Positions 55,026 through 64,000 of a DNA stretch of 64,000 nucleotides are shown here, one piece after another. Positions within the stretch are counted from its first letter, which is position 1. Each line of letters opens with the position of its first letter. The position numbers and the translations under genes were made by a program. Source of the stretch: an uncultured Rhodospirillaceae bacterium (GTDB lineage: Bacteria; Pseudomonadota; Alphaproteobacteria; Rhodospirillales; UBA2165); assembly GCA_964611435.1 (NCBI GenBank), contig CAZSXT010000003.1, positions 102,100 through 166,099 of the forward strand. Reading direction: 5' to 3'. The notes beneath the pieces are model-generated. The model was given only the letters and a program-made list of their open reading frames with translations, made no database searches and was not told the origin of the DNA.

Positions 55026-57200
55026 CTAGTTCTTGGAACCGGTAGGTTTCCCCCGCCGCATCGTCAGCAGGGTCTGGCGCAGTTCCCGCGCGTCGGTTTG
55101 CGGCAGGGAGCAAATCTGCCCCTTACACACATAGGCCGTGGCCTTGCCATCGAGTTGGGTTTTGTTCATCGCCGGATGGGTGTCGGGCAGGTCCTGACCC
55201 GGTTTGATGATCTGGAACACCCGGGTGGGCAGGCTGGTGCGCATGACCGTCCAGGCGAGCCGGCGGGTATCCCGCGCACCGCGGCCGCCGATCACCACGA
55301 TCTGCAGCGCATCCCGGAAATCCTCGTAGGCGTTCAAGAGGCCGGTGCGGCCGAAATTGGGCTCCATCACCCGGCCGCCCAGTTCCTTAATCAGCCGTTC
55401 GCCTTCATCCCGCCAAAGGGTCTTGCCGGTGATGTAATAAAGCCGGGCCAAGACCTGCAGCATCTGCGCATTGCCCGACGGATTAGGCACATCTAGATAG
55501 GGTTTCAGCCGGCCCACCAGCGCCGCGTCGGAGTCTTCGGCCACGGCGAAATAACCGCCAGCGGCCTCGTCCTTAAACAGCGTGATCGCCTGTCTGGCGA
55601 AGTTTGAGGCCTCGTCCAGGTAAAGCTTGTCCCCCGTCGCCTCGTAAAGGGCGAGAGCGGCCAGGGCCAAGGACGCATGGTCGGGCAGGTCCGCCCACGG
55701 CCCCTTGGTGGCGCCGACCGCCGAGTGATGCAGCCGGTCATTGGGCCCGGCCAACGTGGCCCGCGCATTGGCGTAGACCTGTTGGGCAAGCCCCATCAAT
55801 TGCGGCTGGCCGAAGGCGAGCCCGGCCTCGGTAATCGCCTCGATCGCCATACCGTTCCAGGCCGCGATGACCTTGGTGTCCCGGCGCGGACGGAACCGGT
55901 CGCCCCGCAGTTTCCGGAGCTCGTTGCGGATGCCCTCGATCCGGAACGCTGTCTCCCGCAATCCCATGTTCATCTGCTTGGCGATTTGTTGGAGGTCCAG
56001 GTCGGTGCGGTGCAGCACGCCGACATCCGTGTCATCATCAAGGGTTTGGTTCTCCAGCGGACCAAGGGCGTAATAGTGGGCGAACAATCCGTCAGCCGGG
56101 CCCAGGACGTCCCGGATTTGTTTGCGGGAATAGGTGTAGAACGCCCCCTCTTCCTCTTCGCCGTTGGCGGCCTCGCTATCCGCATCAAGCGCGGCGGCAA
56201 GGCCCCGGTTGCGGAGCGCCATCTCCCGCACCAGGAAATCGATGGTCTCGAGCGCGCGCGCCTGAAACAGCCCGTTCCTGGTTTCCCGCCAGACCATCAC
56301 CAACAGGCGCAGCACCCGCGCATTGGTATCCAGCATCTTCTCGAAATGGGGGGTCTTCCATTCCCGATCCACGGCATAGCGGTAGAACCCGCCGTCGATA
56401 TGATCATACATGCCGCCGTTGGACATGGCGGTCAGCGCGCTCACCACGGCGGTCCGGTAATTGGCGCGGCCGGTGCGCAAATACGCCCGCCACAGAAGCT
56501 CCAACTCGGTAATCATGGGGAACTTGGGCGCGCCGTCAAAGCCGCCGTCGAAGGAATCCACCGCCGCCGACAGGAATTTCACCGCCTTGTCCACATGGAC
56601 ATAGCTGAGCTGACCCTTGCCGTTGTCGTCCTCCGCCTTCTTCATGAAATCCACCAGGCGCCCTGCATCCCGGGCGGCGGTCTCGCCATTGGTGTCGAAG
56701 ACGGTTTTTACCCGGGACAAAATGTCGATAATGCCCGGCACATTGCCCCGCGCCTCCCTGGGGAAATAGGCCCCACCCCACACCGGCTTGGCGTCCGGTG
56801 TCAGAAACACGTTGAGAGGCCAGCCCGTGGGCTGATCGATGGCGGACATGGCGCGCTGGAAGAATTCATCCAGGGCCGGCATTTCCTCCCGGTCAATAAG
56901 GATGGGAAAGTAATCCCGGTTGATGACCGCGCCGACGATGGGATCGGCGAAGCTTTCCTTGCGCATCACGTGGCACCAGTGACAGGCCAGGTAGCCGATC
57001 GACAGGAAGATCGGTTTGTCGGCTTTTTTGGCCTCTTCGAGCGTGTTCCGGTTCCACGGCCGCCAGTTCACCGCATCCAGCGCATGCAGTTTCAGATACG
57101 GGCTCGCCTCCGTATCCAACTGGTTCTTGGCGGCTACGCCCGCGGGCGCACCGATGATCAGAACACACAGCGCCAGCAAAGCGGCAAAACGAAAATTCAC
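55026..57200 (-). CDS. thioredoxin-domain protein of the DUF255/YyaL (SSP411-like) family, secreted
   Basis: 724 aa. Signal peptide, then ...KPIFLSIGYLACHWCHVM... (CxxC in a thioredoxin fold), followed by a long alpha/alpha-barrel-like region. Confidence 0.85.
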   Translation of the reverse strand: MNFRFAALLALCVLIIGAPAGVAAKNQLDTEASPYLKLHALDAVNWRPWNRNTLEEAKKADKPIFLSIGYLACHWCHVMRKESFADPIVGAVINRDYFPILIDREEMPALDEFFQRAMSAIDQPTGWPLNVFLTPDAKPVWGGAYFPREARGNVPGIIDILSRVKTVFDTNGETAARDAGRLVDFMKKAEDDNGKGQLSYVHVDKAVKFLSAAVDSFDGGFDGAPKFPMITELELLWRAYLRTGRANYRTAVVSALTAMSNGGMYDHIDGGFYRYAVDREWKTPHFEKMLDTNARVLRLLVMVWRETRNGLFQARALETIDFLVREMALRNRGLAAALDADSEAANGEEEEGAFYTYSRKQIRDVLGPADGLFAHYYALGPLENQTLDDDTDVGVLHRTDLDLQQIAKQMNMGLRETAFRIEGIRNELRKLRGDRFRPRRDTKVIAAWNGMAIEAITEAGLAFGQPQLMGLAQQVYANARATLAGPNDRLHHSAVGATKGPWADLPDHASLALAALALYEATGDKLYLDEASNFARQAITLFKDEAAGGYFAVAEDSDAALVGRLKPYLDVPNPSGNAQMLQVLARLYYITGKTLWRDEGERLIKELGGRVMEPNFGRTGLLNAYEDFRDALQIVVIGGRGARDTRRLAWTVMRTSLPTRVFQIIKPGQDLPDTHPAMNKTQLDGKATAYVCKGQICSLPQTDARELRQTLLTMRRGKPTGSKN

Positions 57201-57215
57201 TGTTGGGGCCTCCGG

Positions 57216-57695
57216 CTATTCCCGATCGGCAAAATCGGACCTTTCGTCCGACGCCGGGGCCGATGGAAACCTGTTTGACCCGAAACGCAAAATCAAAATC
57301 GCGAGAGCCAAAAGAAGAATGGCGCCGGAGATATAGACGATGTTCAGGCTGGTCAGGTGTTCCACATTGACGGATTCGATCATCAGCCGGGTCAGCGCCG
57401 TGATCGCCACGTAAATCAGGAACCGGACTGGCATGTGATTGGTCTTGAAGTAGATGCCGACCATGGCGCCTAGTTCCAAATAGATGAACAGCAGAAGGAT
57501 ATCCTGTATCGTTGCGCGCCCCTGCGCCGCCATATCCAGAAACGCATGAAATCCAGCCCAGACAATCGTCGCGCCTATGGCGAACAGCGCCAGCAGGTGA
57601 AAACCGCGCACCAGCATGTCGCCGAAAATCTCGACATTGGATTCGGTACTGCGCATCACTCTGGAGGCGCGATCACGCATGGTCGTGTCGCTCAT
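57216..57695 (-). CDS. PsiE family (phosphate-starvation-inducible) membrane protein
   Basis: 159 aa, 4 TM segments. ...LLLFIYLELGAMVGIYFKTNHMPVRFLIYVAITALTR... resembles PsiE. Confidence 0.65.
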   Translation of the reverse strand: MSDTTMRDRASRVMRSTESNVEIFGDMLVRGFHLLALFAIGATIVWAGFHAFLDMAAQGRATIQDILLLFIYLELGAMVGIYFKTNHMPVRFLIYVAITALTRLMIESVNVEHLTSLNIVYISGAILLLALAILILRFGSNRFPSAPASDERSDFADRE

Positions 57696-57717
57696 CTGAA
57701 ACCGTTGCGGTTAGGGG

Positions 57718-58230
57718 TTAGAAATCCAGATCGTCCTGGATGGCGGCAATGCCTTTGACGGCGCAGTCCTCATCGGCCTGACCGCCGGGCGCACCGGAGA
57801 CACCGACCGCGCCCACCAGTTCGCCACCGGCGCGGATCATCACGCCACCGCCCAGCATCAACGCGCCGGTCACATGGCGAACGCCCGAGGGCTCTTTCCC
57901 CGCCTGGGTGTTTTCCGCCATCTGCACAGTATTGGTGCGGAACGACAGCGCGGTCCAGGCTTTGCGGCGTGCGGTTTCCGGTGTGTGCGGTCCGGCGAAC
58001 CGGTCCCGCAGCATCACCAGCATGGACCCGCCCCGGTCCACCACGGCGACCGCCGCCTGATAGCCCTCGGCCCGGCAGGCCTTCAATGTTTCTTGCGCTA
58101 CTTTCAGTGCAGCCTCCGGCGTGAGGGATTTCAGGCCATAGAGCAGCGGCGTATCCTGAGCATTCGCCGGAATTACGGATAGGCTAAGAGACAGTGCTCC
58201 GGCCATGACGGCCGTCATGATGGTCTTCAT
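57718..58230 (-). CDS. GlcG/HbpS family (DUF336) heme-binding protein, secreted
   Basis: 170 aa from ATG 58230 (RBS GGGGAGAA). Signal peptide, then ...AAVAVVDRGG...RDRFAGPHTPETARRKAWTA...GGGVMIRAGGELVGAVGVSGAPGG..DE.C. Confidence 0.8.
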   Translation of the reverse strand: MKTIMTAVMAGALSLSLSVIPANAQDTPLLYGLKSLTPEAALKVAQETLKACRAEGYQAAVAVVDRGGSMLVMLRDRFAGPHTPETARRKAWTALSFRTNTVQMAENTQAGKEPSGVRHVTGALMLGGGVMIRAGGELVGAVGVSGAPGGQADEDCAVKGIAAIQDDLDF

Positions 58231-58252
58231 GTCTATTCTCCCCAGAATTTTT

Positions 58253-58678
58253 TTAATTGATCTTCGGTTCAGGCGGCGCCTGATAACCGATCTTGACCAG
58301 GACTTCGTCCAACAGCGGGAAAAAGAAAATATCCCCGACATAGCCGATGACCCGGCCAACTTCCTTGCCATCCTTCATCACCACGAAAGTCGGCGTGAAC
58401 GCCACCGGTTTCATATTTTTCAAATCCGCCGGGATCGGATCGGCTAGCTCCACCCGGCGCAACGGGGCGAACTTGCCTTCCGACGTTTTGGCGTAGACCG
58501 GTCCAATTTGATCATGCCAGGCCTCGCACCATTCGCAGCCTTCCGTTTCAACCATGATAAGCTGCACGCCCGGTTCGGCCTTCACCGGTGCTGCAAACAG
58601 GCACAGCATCGCCAACACCCCGAACATCGTACGCGGGGTCACGGTCAATTGACGAAACTTTGTAAACATCGCTTGCAT
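58253..58678 (-). CDS. periplasmic thioredoxin-fold protein with a CEWC motif (SoxS-like)
   Basis: About 141 aa from ATG 58678 (or 58669). Signal peptide ...MLCLFAAPVKA, then ...MVETEGCEWCEAW...TPTFVVM.DGKEVGR... The longer track ORF has no support. Confidence 0.6.
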   Translation of the reverse strand: MQAMFTKFRQLTVTPRTMFGVLAMLCLFAAPVKAEPGVQLIMVETEGCEWCEAWHDQIGPVYAKTSEGKFAPLRRVELADPIPADLKNMKPVAFTPTFVVMKDGKEVGRVIGYVGDIFFFPLLDEVLVKIGYQAPPEPKIN

Positions 58679-58807
58679 GAGACGCTTGCAGAGGCACCTC
58701 GTAAAATGCCATACAATTTGTGTAAAATAGGCGATCAGGGGTTTGGAGGCAACTCCCGATTGGCGTGAAGCAAAACCAAGACAAAACCAACATAAGAGAT
58801 TGATATC

Positions 58808-59911
58808 ATGGAAGATATTTCCGTAGGGATACTTGTGTCGAGTCTGGGATTCGTTCTGGGGCTTATTTTCGGGGGAGTCGCACAACGCACTAATTTTTGC
58901 ACCATGGGCGCGCTGTCCGACATCGTTTTTATGGGCAATTGGAGCCGGTTCCGCGCCTGGCTGTTGGCCATCGCGGTGGCCGTTCTGGTCAGCCAGATCA
59001 TGCATCTGAACGGCATGGTCGATCTTAACAAAGCGATTTATTTGACCACCAATTTAGGCTGGGCCGGCGCAGTTCTCGGCGGGCTGATGTTCGGGTTCGG
59101 CATGACCCTGGCCGGCGGCTGCGGCAACAAAACGTTGGTCAGGCTCGGCGCGGGCAACATGAAAAGCTTTGTGGTGTTCCTTGTGTTGGGTCTGTTCGCC
59201 TATATGACGCTTCGAGGATTTATCGGGCCGGCGCGGCTCGAACTCGAAGAAGCCACCATGATCGACCTCACGGCAAACGGCCTCAAATCCCAAGGCATTC
59301 CCGAAATGCTGGCCGCCCTATTCGGCATCGGCGAAGAGACGCTCCGTTGGGTGCTGGCGCTTTTAGTCTCTGCCGTCTTGATCATCTTCTGCTTCAAGGA
59401 TGCGGAGTTTCGGTCCGAGCCCACCCAGATCTTGGCCGGCGTCATGATCGGCATTCTGGTGCCGGCCGCCTGGTATCTGACCGGGGTCATCGGCAACGAC
59501 GATTTCGAACCGGTGCCGCTGGCATCCTTTACTTTCGTCGCGCCCGCCGGTGAAAGCATCCAATACATGATGACCTTCACCGGTTCGACCATCAACTTTG
59601 GCATCGCCACCGTCGGCGGCGTCATCGCCGGCGCGTTTCTGATGTCCAAAATGCGGGGCGAATTCCGGATCGAATCCTTCACCACGCCCGACGACTTCAT
59701 GCGCCATGTGATCGGTGCGGCCCTCATGGGCACCGGTGGCGTTTTGGCCCTGGGCTGCACCATTGGCCAGGGCATTACCGGCATGTCGACCTTAGCGCTG
59801 GGCTCCCTGATCGCACTGCTGTCGATTGTCTTCGGTGGCGTTTGGGGACTGAAGTATCAGGAAGAGGGCGAGATCATCGGCGCGCTCAAGGAGATGTTCT
59901 CCCGGGAATAG
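58808..59911 (+). CDS. YeeE/YedE family sulfur-compound (thiosulfate-type) transporter
   Basis: 367 aa polytopic protein with conserved Cys-containing re-entrant motifs (...AQRTNFCTMGA..., ...LAGGCGNK..., ...LALGCTIGQG...). Confidence 0.85.
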   Translation: MEDISVGILVSSLGFVLGLIFGGVAQRTNFCTMGALSDIVFMGNWSRFRAWLLAIAVAVLVSQIMHLNGMVDLNKAIYLTTNLGWAGAVLGGLMFGFGMTLAGGCGNKTLVRLGAGNMKSFVVFLVLGLFAYMTLRGFIGPARLELEEATMIDLTANGLKSQGIPEMLAALFGIGEETLRWVLALLVSAVLIIFCFKDAEFRSEPTQILAGVMIGILVPAAWYLTGVIGNDDFEPVPLASFTFVAPAGESIQYMMTFTGSTINFGIATVGGVIAGAFLMSKMRGEFRIESFTTPDDFMRHVIGAALMGTGGVLALGCTIGQGITGMSTLALGSLIALLSIVFGGVWGLKYQEEGEIIGALKEMFSRE

Positions 59912-59941
59912 CCAATCTCCTGTGACCCTATCCAAACAACG

Positions 59942-59976
59942 AAAAACCCGCAGACCTCAAAGTCCGCGGGTTTTTT
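59942..59976. terminator. bidirectional intrinsic terminator between convergent yeeE-like and lbpA genes
   Basis: AAAAACCCGC-14 nt-GCGGGTTTTTT. The A-run and T-run flank the stem, so it can act on both strands. Confidence 0.6.
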
Positions 59977-60006
59977 CTATTCCTAACTGGAAGAACCGGT
60001 GATCGG

Positions 60007-60447
60007 TCAGGCGCAACCGTCGAACCCGTCCGCCGCCATCTTGGCTTCATACGGGGCAGCCACCTCCGAACCGGGAGTCAAAGAGGCTTTTACCCCATCC
60101 CAGTCTTCCGGGGCCAAAACGACCAGCCAGCCATCGCCGTACGGATCGTCATTGGCCAGCGACGGTGTGGACACCAACGCGTCGTTCACCTCGACGACAT
60201 CACCGCCAGCGGCGGATTTGGCCGGACCGACCCACTTGCCCGATTCAATCGTGGCGCAGGATTTGCCGGCCCGCACGGAGCGGCCGACTTTCTTCGGCGT
60301 AAAGGCAACCAACTGGCCGGCCATGGCCACAGCCACGGCGGTCATGCCAATCCGGACATTGCCGTCGCCGGTTTCCTTGAACCAAATATTGTTTTCCACG
60401 TCGTATAAAAGTTCATCCGGAAGATGGCAGCCGCGTACGTCAGGCAT
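60007..60447 (-). CDS. lbpA: GcvH-like lipoate-binding protein of sHdr sulfur-oxidation loci (LbpA)
   Basis: 146 aa with the glycine-cleavage H-protein fold. Candidate lipoyl-lysine in ...CATIESGKWVGP... Located directly after the hdr genes. Confidence 0.75.
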   Translation of the reverse strand: MPDVRGCHLPDELLYDVENNIWFKETGDGNVRIGMTAVAVAMAGQLVAFTPKKVGRSVRAGKSCATIESGKWVGPAKSAAGGDVVEVNDALVSTPSLANDDPYGDGWLVVLAPEDWDGVKASLTPGSEVAAPYEAKMAADGFDGCA

Positions 60448-60913
60448 GGGTCGTTTCTCCTCTTAATCCGGTCTTGAGCTGCTCCATCACCTGATCCTGT
60501 GTCTCGTTTTGATGAAGCGGTTTAGAAGAACAGCAAAATTCACCGAGTCCCTCAACCTCCATTTTGCCACCAACGAATAAAAGGAGATGACGGGCGACGA
60601 CACCGGCCATGATCAGCCATTGGCCGGCTTTTTCGTCCTCGGGCGATTGCTCGATAAGGTTATGGTGATAAACAAGTTCCCGGCAGGTTTCCCGGCAGGC
60701 ATTGAAACTGGGTTCACCCCGCGCGCCTTGTTTGTGCAGCGCCAGAATGCGGAAACCTTCCGACGTGTCCTGCGTGGGCTCCTGACCCCGGCCGATCACC
60801 CAGCGTTCCAGCACCTCTTCGCCGAGCAACAGCATTTCAGCCACTGCCTCAAGCGGATTGCCGGATTTCTCCAACTCGCCGATCTGGGCTTCTATGTCGT
60901 CGAAGCTCCTCAC
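60440..60913 (-). CDS. conserved hypothetical protein between hdrB and lbpA (Cys-containing)
   Basis: 157 aa. Overlaps both neighbours (8 nt and 4 nt), implying co-translation. Cys residues occur in ...FNACRETCREL... and ...EFCCSSK... No family was recognised. Confidence 0.5.
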   Translation of the reverse strand: MRSFDDIEAQIGELEKSGNPLEAVAEMLLLGEEVLERWVIGRGQEPTQDTSEGFRILALHKQGARGEPSFNACRETCRELVYHHNLIEQSPEDEKAGQWLIMAGVVARHLLLFVGGKMEVEGLGEFCCSSKPLHQNETQDQVMEQLKTGLRGETTHA

Positions 60914-61836
60914 GCGAGGCCTTTCTCTTTCAGCAGACCATAGGAATCGGAAATGTTCTCATGGATGCCCAGCTTGCGGGGCTTGAGGCCCAGGGCCAGG
61001 CCCAGCAACTGGGTGAAGTAGAGAACCTTTACATTGGTTTTCTCACCAAGCACGGTCTCGGCCCGCACCTGGTGCATTTCCAAACCCGAATGGCAGGTCG
61101 GGCATTCCGTCGCGATCACATCGGCGCCGCAGGCTTCCGCACCCTTCAACAGATTCAGCACCAGCTTGGTCGAGGTATCAGAGTCGGACAACGTATGCGC
61201 CCCACCGCAACACGCGGTTTTCAGCGGATAGTCCACATTCTCCGCACCGGCGGCGGCGAGCAGGTCATCCATGAAGTGGGGCTTCGAGGTCGATTCACTA
61301 CCTTCCCCCTGGTCCTTCTCCGGGAAGATGTGCCGGGGCCGGGTATACATGCAGCCGTAATAGTTGGCGATTTTGAGGCCCTTGAGAGAGTTTTTCACCC
61401 GCTCCTTGATGCCTTCCTCGCCGAGGGAATTCTTCAGCCAATCCAGCGCGTGAATGGTCTCGATGGAACCGGCTTCATATGTCTGATGCCCGGCCTTGTA
61501 GGACAACTCGTCGACCACTTCCTTGGAACTGTCGTCATGTTCCAGATCGTACTCGGCTTTCTTTAGATTGTGGTAGCAGCCGTTACAGGGCGCCATCACC
61601 GTGTCGAAGCCCATCTCATTGGCGGCAATGGACATGACCCGGGACGACAGATAGGTCTGCAGTTTCGGATCGATGTTTTTGACTTCCATCGCACCGCAGC
61701 AGTTCCAGTTCTTCACCTCGACCAGATCGAGGCCAAGCTTCTTGCCGATCGCCTTGGTCGATGTGTTGTAGGCGTGGCCCGATCCTTCGAGGGCGCAGCC
61801 CGGATAATAGGCGACTTTCTTGTATTCCTTGTTCAC
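60910..61836 (-). CDS. hdrB: heterodisulfide reductase subunit B-like protein (sHdr HdrB2 position)
   Basis: 308 aa with two CCG domains: ...YYPGCALEG...NWNCCGA...APCNGCYH... and ...YYGCMYTRP...KTACCGG...ECPTCH... Confidence 0.85.
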   Translation of the reverse strand: MNKEYKKVAYYPGCALEGSGHAYNTSTKAIGKKLGLDLVEVKNWNCCGAMEVKNIDPKLQTYLSSRVMSIAANEMGFDTVMAPCNGCYHNLKKAEYDLEHDDSSKEVVDELSYKAGHQTYEAGSIETIHALDWLKNSLGEEGIKERVKNSLKGLKIANYYGCMYTRPRHIFPEKDQGEGSESTSKPHFMDDLLAAAGAENVDYPLKTACCGGAHTLSDSDTSTKLVLNLLKGAEACGADVIATECPTCHSGLEMHQVRAETVLGEKTNVKVLYFTQLLGLALGLKPRKLGIHENISDSYGLLKEKGLA

Positions 61837-61837
61837 G

Positions 61838-62584
61838 TCAGTGTCCCTTCCCTGCCGGCAGGTTCAAGGCTGCGGCATGCTTCTTATTCTGCTCTTCAAC
61901 ATATTCCTTGATGGCGTCCCGCGCCGGACCCCAATTACGGGTGCGCGGCCGGACGAAATTGGCGAGGCCCATGGTGATCAGCAGCTTGACCGGCAAACGC
62001 CAGACCATGCGGCGCACCATTTCCACCAGCCAATCCTGCATCAGGGGCATCCCCATCCGCTTGAAGAAGCCCTTGATGATCCGGCCTTCCTCGATCTTGC
62101 CGGTCTCAAACACTTGTGAGGAAAACTCTTCATCGAAATGCATGGACGGCGATTTGGGCGTATGACCTTTCAGTTCCAGCCAATGGGACAGAGACTTCAT
62201 CACCCCTTCTGGGAACACGTCCCGCGGGCACACATAGGTGCACTTGTTGCACGACACGCACTGCCAGATGATGTCCTTGTCCCGCAGCAGCTCTTCTTCC
62301 ATGCCGAGGCGAACCAAGTAAATCCAGTAGCGCGGATTGAATTCCGGGTTCACCGCATTGACCGTGCAGGAATTGGTGCACGATCCGCATTGCCAGCAGC
62401 GGTGGATATGTTCCCCGCCCGGCAGCGCCGCGATCTCGTCCTGTAAATTGTCGTTATAGTCGGTCACCACCCGCGGGCTGATGAACGTGCTCCAGTGTCC
62501 GGAGACGTCAACACCGTCGATTTCCAACTCCTCTTGGACATGGATATTCTCGGGGCGGATCAGGGATTGTTCATGAATAGGCAT
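61838..62584 (-). CDS. hdrC: heterodisulfide reductase subunit C-like 4Fe-4S dicluster protein (sHdr HdrC2 position)
   Basis: 248 aa. CWQCGSCTNSC and CVSCNKCTYVCP ferredoxin-type motifs. Confidence 0.85.
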   Translation of the reverse strand: MPIHEQSLIRPENIHVQEELEIDGVDVSGHWSTFISPRVVTDYNDNLQDEIAALPGGEHIHRCWQCGSCTNSCTVNAVNPEFNPRYWIYLVRLGMEEELLRDKDIIWQCVSCNKCTYVCPRDVFPEGVMKSLSHWLELKGHTPKSPSMHFDEEFSSQVFETGKIEEGRIIKGFFKRMGMPLMQDWLVEMVRRMVWRLPVKLLITMGLANFVRPRTRNWGPARDAIKEYVEEQNKKHAAALNLPAGKGH

Positions 62585-62593
62585 ATGATCGTC

Positions 62594-63463
62594 CTAAGCC
62601 TCGGAGGCGATTGTTGCGTCGGCCACCCGGTGGGGTGTGCCGTCCGCTTTCTTGAGTTTGGTCCGGCCGGTCCGCGTATCGACGCCGTCGAGCCCCAGCA
62701 TATGCCGACAATATTCCATGGGGTCTTCCGGGGTCGAGAAATCGGTCCGAAGATAGGTCGCGCCCCTGGCGGAGATATAGTCCCCGTAAACCTGGGCGCA
62801 GAGAAGGTCCACATAGAAGGGCACGTCCTTGAAGACCCCATTGTCGGAGAGATACTGGCTCAGCTCCTGGCGCAACATGATGAACGCGTCGTAATTGTCG
62901 TCCACATCGATCACCAGATTGTCCAGATCGTCGGAGAACCAAATCTCCCGCAGCACCCCGGAATTGGTGTTCACGTCCCAAATCCAGCGGGTCATCAACG
63001 GGTATAGTTCCGGGTGGGTAAAGTGCAGGATTTCCGCCGCCAAATCCCGCACCCAGCGAAATTGCTTGTCCTGCGGAAACACGGCGCGAATGGTTGCCAT
63101 TCGCTGATCCGTACTGGCGGTGTCCTCCACCCCGTCCAACAGCGCGCCGAGACCAAGGCGGACATTCGCCATGCCGTTTTCGGCCATTTCCTCGCCCACG
63201 CGCCGGCGCGCAGGGGCGATGAAGGCGCAGGCCAGATTGAACGATTCCTCGCTCACCTGTTTCCAGGCTTCACCACCGAAAGTCTCGACAAACAAGGATG
63301 ATTTGAGTTTCAGCGCGTCGATATAGCGCTCCACCCCGCCTTCATTTTCCGCCGACTTGATCAGCGCATCTAGCGCTTCGGACAGACGCGGCCCGCTCAG
63401 GTCCAGAACCGGCATAACCGGTTCCGGCGCCTCGGGGGCTTTTCTGGCGAACTGTCCAAACAT
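62594..63463 (-). CDS. conserved hypothetical protein in the hyp position of sHdr loci (between hdrA and hdrC2)
   Basis: 289 aa soluble protein with no recognised motif. The call rests on its position in the hdrA-hyp-hdrC-hdrB order. Confidence 0.6.
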   Translation of the reverse strand: MFGQFARKAPEAPEPVMPVLDLSGPRLSEALDALIKSAENEGGVERYIDALKLKSSLFVETFGGEAWKQVSEESFNLACAFIAPARRRVGEEMAENGMANVRLGLGALLDGVEDTASTDQRMATIRAVFPQDKQFRWVRDLAAEILHFTHPELYPLMTRWIWDVNTNSGVLREIWFSDDLDNLVIDVDDNYDAFIMLRQELSQYLSDNGVFKDVPFYVDLLCAQVYGDYISARGATYLRTDFSTPEDPMEYCRHMLGLDGVDTRTGRTKLKKADGTPHRVADATIASEA

Positions 63464-63471
63464 TTGGATGC

Positions 63472-64000
63472 TTACTCCGCCGCGACAGCGGTTCCGTTGG
63501 CGCTGGCGAACGCGGCCATGGCCGCCGCCTGCCCTTGCGCGATTGAATCGTCGATGGTCTCCGGCCCGGTGGCGGCGCCGGCGACGAACACACCCGGACG
63601 CGACGTCCGCCCCATGCCGCCGTAAGTCGCTTCCCGGCCGATATGGCCATGGGATTCCAACTGAACATCGAAGACGGAAGACAGCAGCAGGTTATCCACA
63701 TTCGGGTCCATACCAATGGCATGCACCACCAGATCAAACGGAATGGTGATCGGGCGTTTGACCAGCGTGTCCTCGCCTTTGACGATCAGCTTGTCGCCGT
63801 CGGAGGTCACCTCGGCGATCCGCGCCTTGATGTATTTGACCTTATATTCTTCCTGGCTCTTCCAGTAATAGGTGTCTTCGTAGAGGCCGAAGGTGCGGAT
63901 ATCCATGTAATAGATATAGACGTGGCAGTCCGGCAGTTCCTCGCGGATTTCCATGGCCAGATTGGACGAGACCGTGCAGCAGATTTTAGAGCACCATTCC
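63472..64000 (-). CDS. hdrA: heterodisulfide reductase subunit A-like flavoprotein, C-terminal part (5' end outside window)
   Basis: The frame stays open upstream of the track ORF to the window end (...EWCSKICCTVSSNLAMEIREE...). ...RPGVFVAGAATGPETIDDSIAQGQAAA... is a typical HdrA C-terminus. Confidence 0.8.
   Translation of the reverse strand, partial: EWCSKICCTVSSNLAMEIREELPDCHVYIYYMDIRTFGLYEDTYYWKSQEEYKVKYIKARIAEVTSDGDKLIVKGEDTLVKRPITIPFDLVVHAIGMDPNVDNLLLSSVFDVQLESHGHIGREATYGGMGRTSRPGVFVAGAATGPETIDDSIAQGQAAAMAAFASANGTAVAAE

Noticed and set aside
55677-57278. 533-aa ORF on the plus strand
   Set aside because: It is antisense to the DUF255 thioredoxin-domain gene (CHWCHVM motif on the minus strand), with an artefactual Arg/Gly/Pro-rich composition.

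Overview
GC-rich (about 60% by eye, not computed) bacterial chromosome segment. The gene content (many TTT and TAXI-TRAP transporters, an sHdr locus) suggests an alphaproteobacterium, but that is only an inference. All functional calls come from motifs and family resemblance read by eye in the supplied translations; no database search was run. Starts were adjusted where a Shine-Dalgarno-like site or a neighbouring gene argued for it. About 61 protein genes are supportable. I saw no rRNA, tRNA, CRISPR array, transposase, integrase or phage gene.

Most of the window (1-57 kb) is a dense organic and aromatic acid catabolic region:
- Three MarR regulators.
- One TAXI-TRAP transporter and two TTT (TctABC-type) transporters.
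- Two phthalate-family Rieske oxygenases.
- HpaB-like, FAD, LLM, TfdA/TauD and PhyH oxygenases.
- A UbiD decarboxylase.
- Two 4,5-dihydroxyphthalate-decarboxylase-like paralogs.
- Eight cupin-fold genes.

The last 6 kb holds a sulfur-oxidation (sHdr-type hdrA-hyp-hdrC-hdrB-orf-lbpA) locus, cut by the window end, plus YeeE/YedE.

Most interesting observations:
1. A gene pairing found twice: a TTT transporter, then one or two bicupin metalloenzymes, then an EutA-like ASKHA ATPase. No ethanolamine ammonia-lyase or B12 enzyme is present. One EutA-like copy carries a metallochaperone-style His-rich tail. This is a candidate undescribed cupin maturation or reactivation system.
2. An AhpD/CMD-family gene with an in-frame TGA exactly at the second Cys of its CxxC motif, followed by a SECIS-like hairpin. 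This is a probable selenoprotein.
3. A modular, hairpin-rich extragenic repeat family present in five intergenic clusters, with colinear module order.
4. A recurrent TTAGA-N2-TCTAA operator-like motif in at least seven promoter regions, which links the catabolic operons into one putative regulon.

Many long antisense ORFs in the six-frame track are GC-content artefacts and were rejected.
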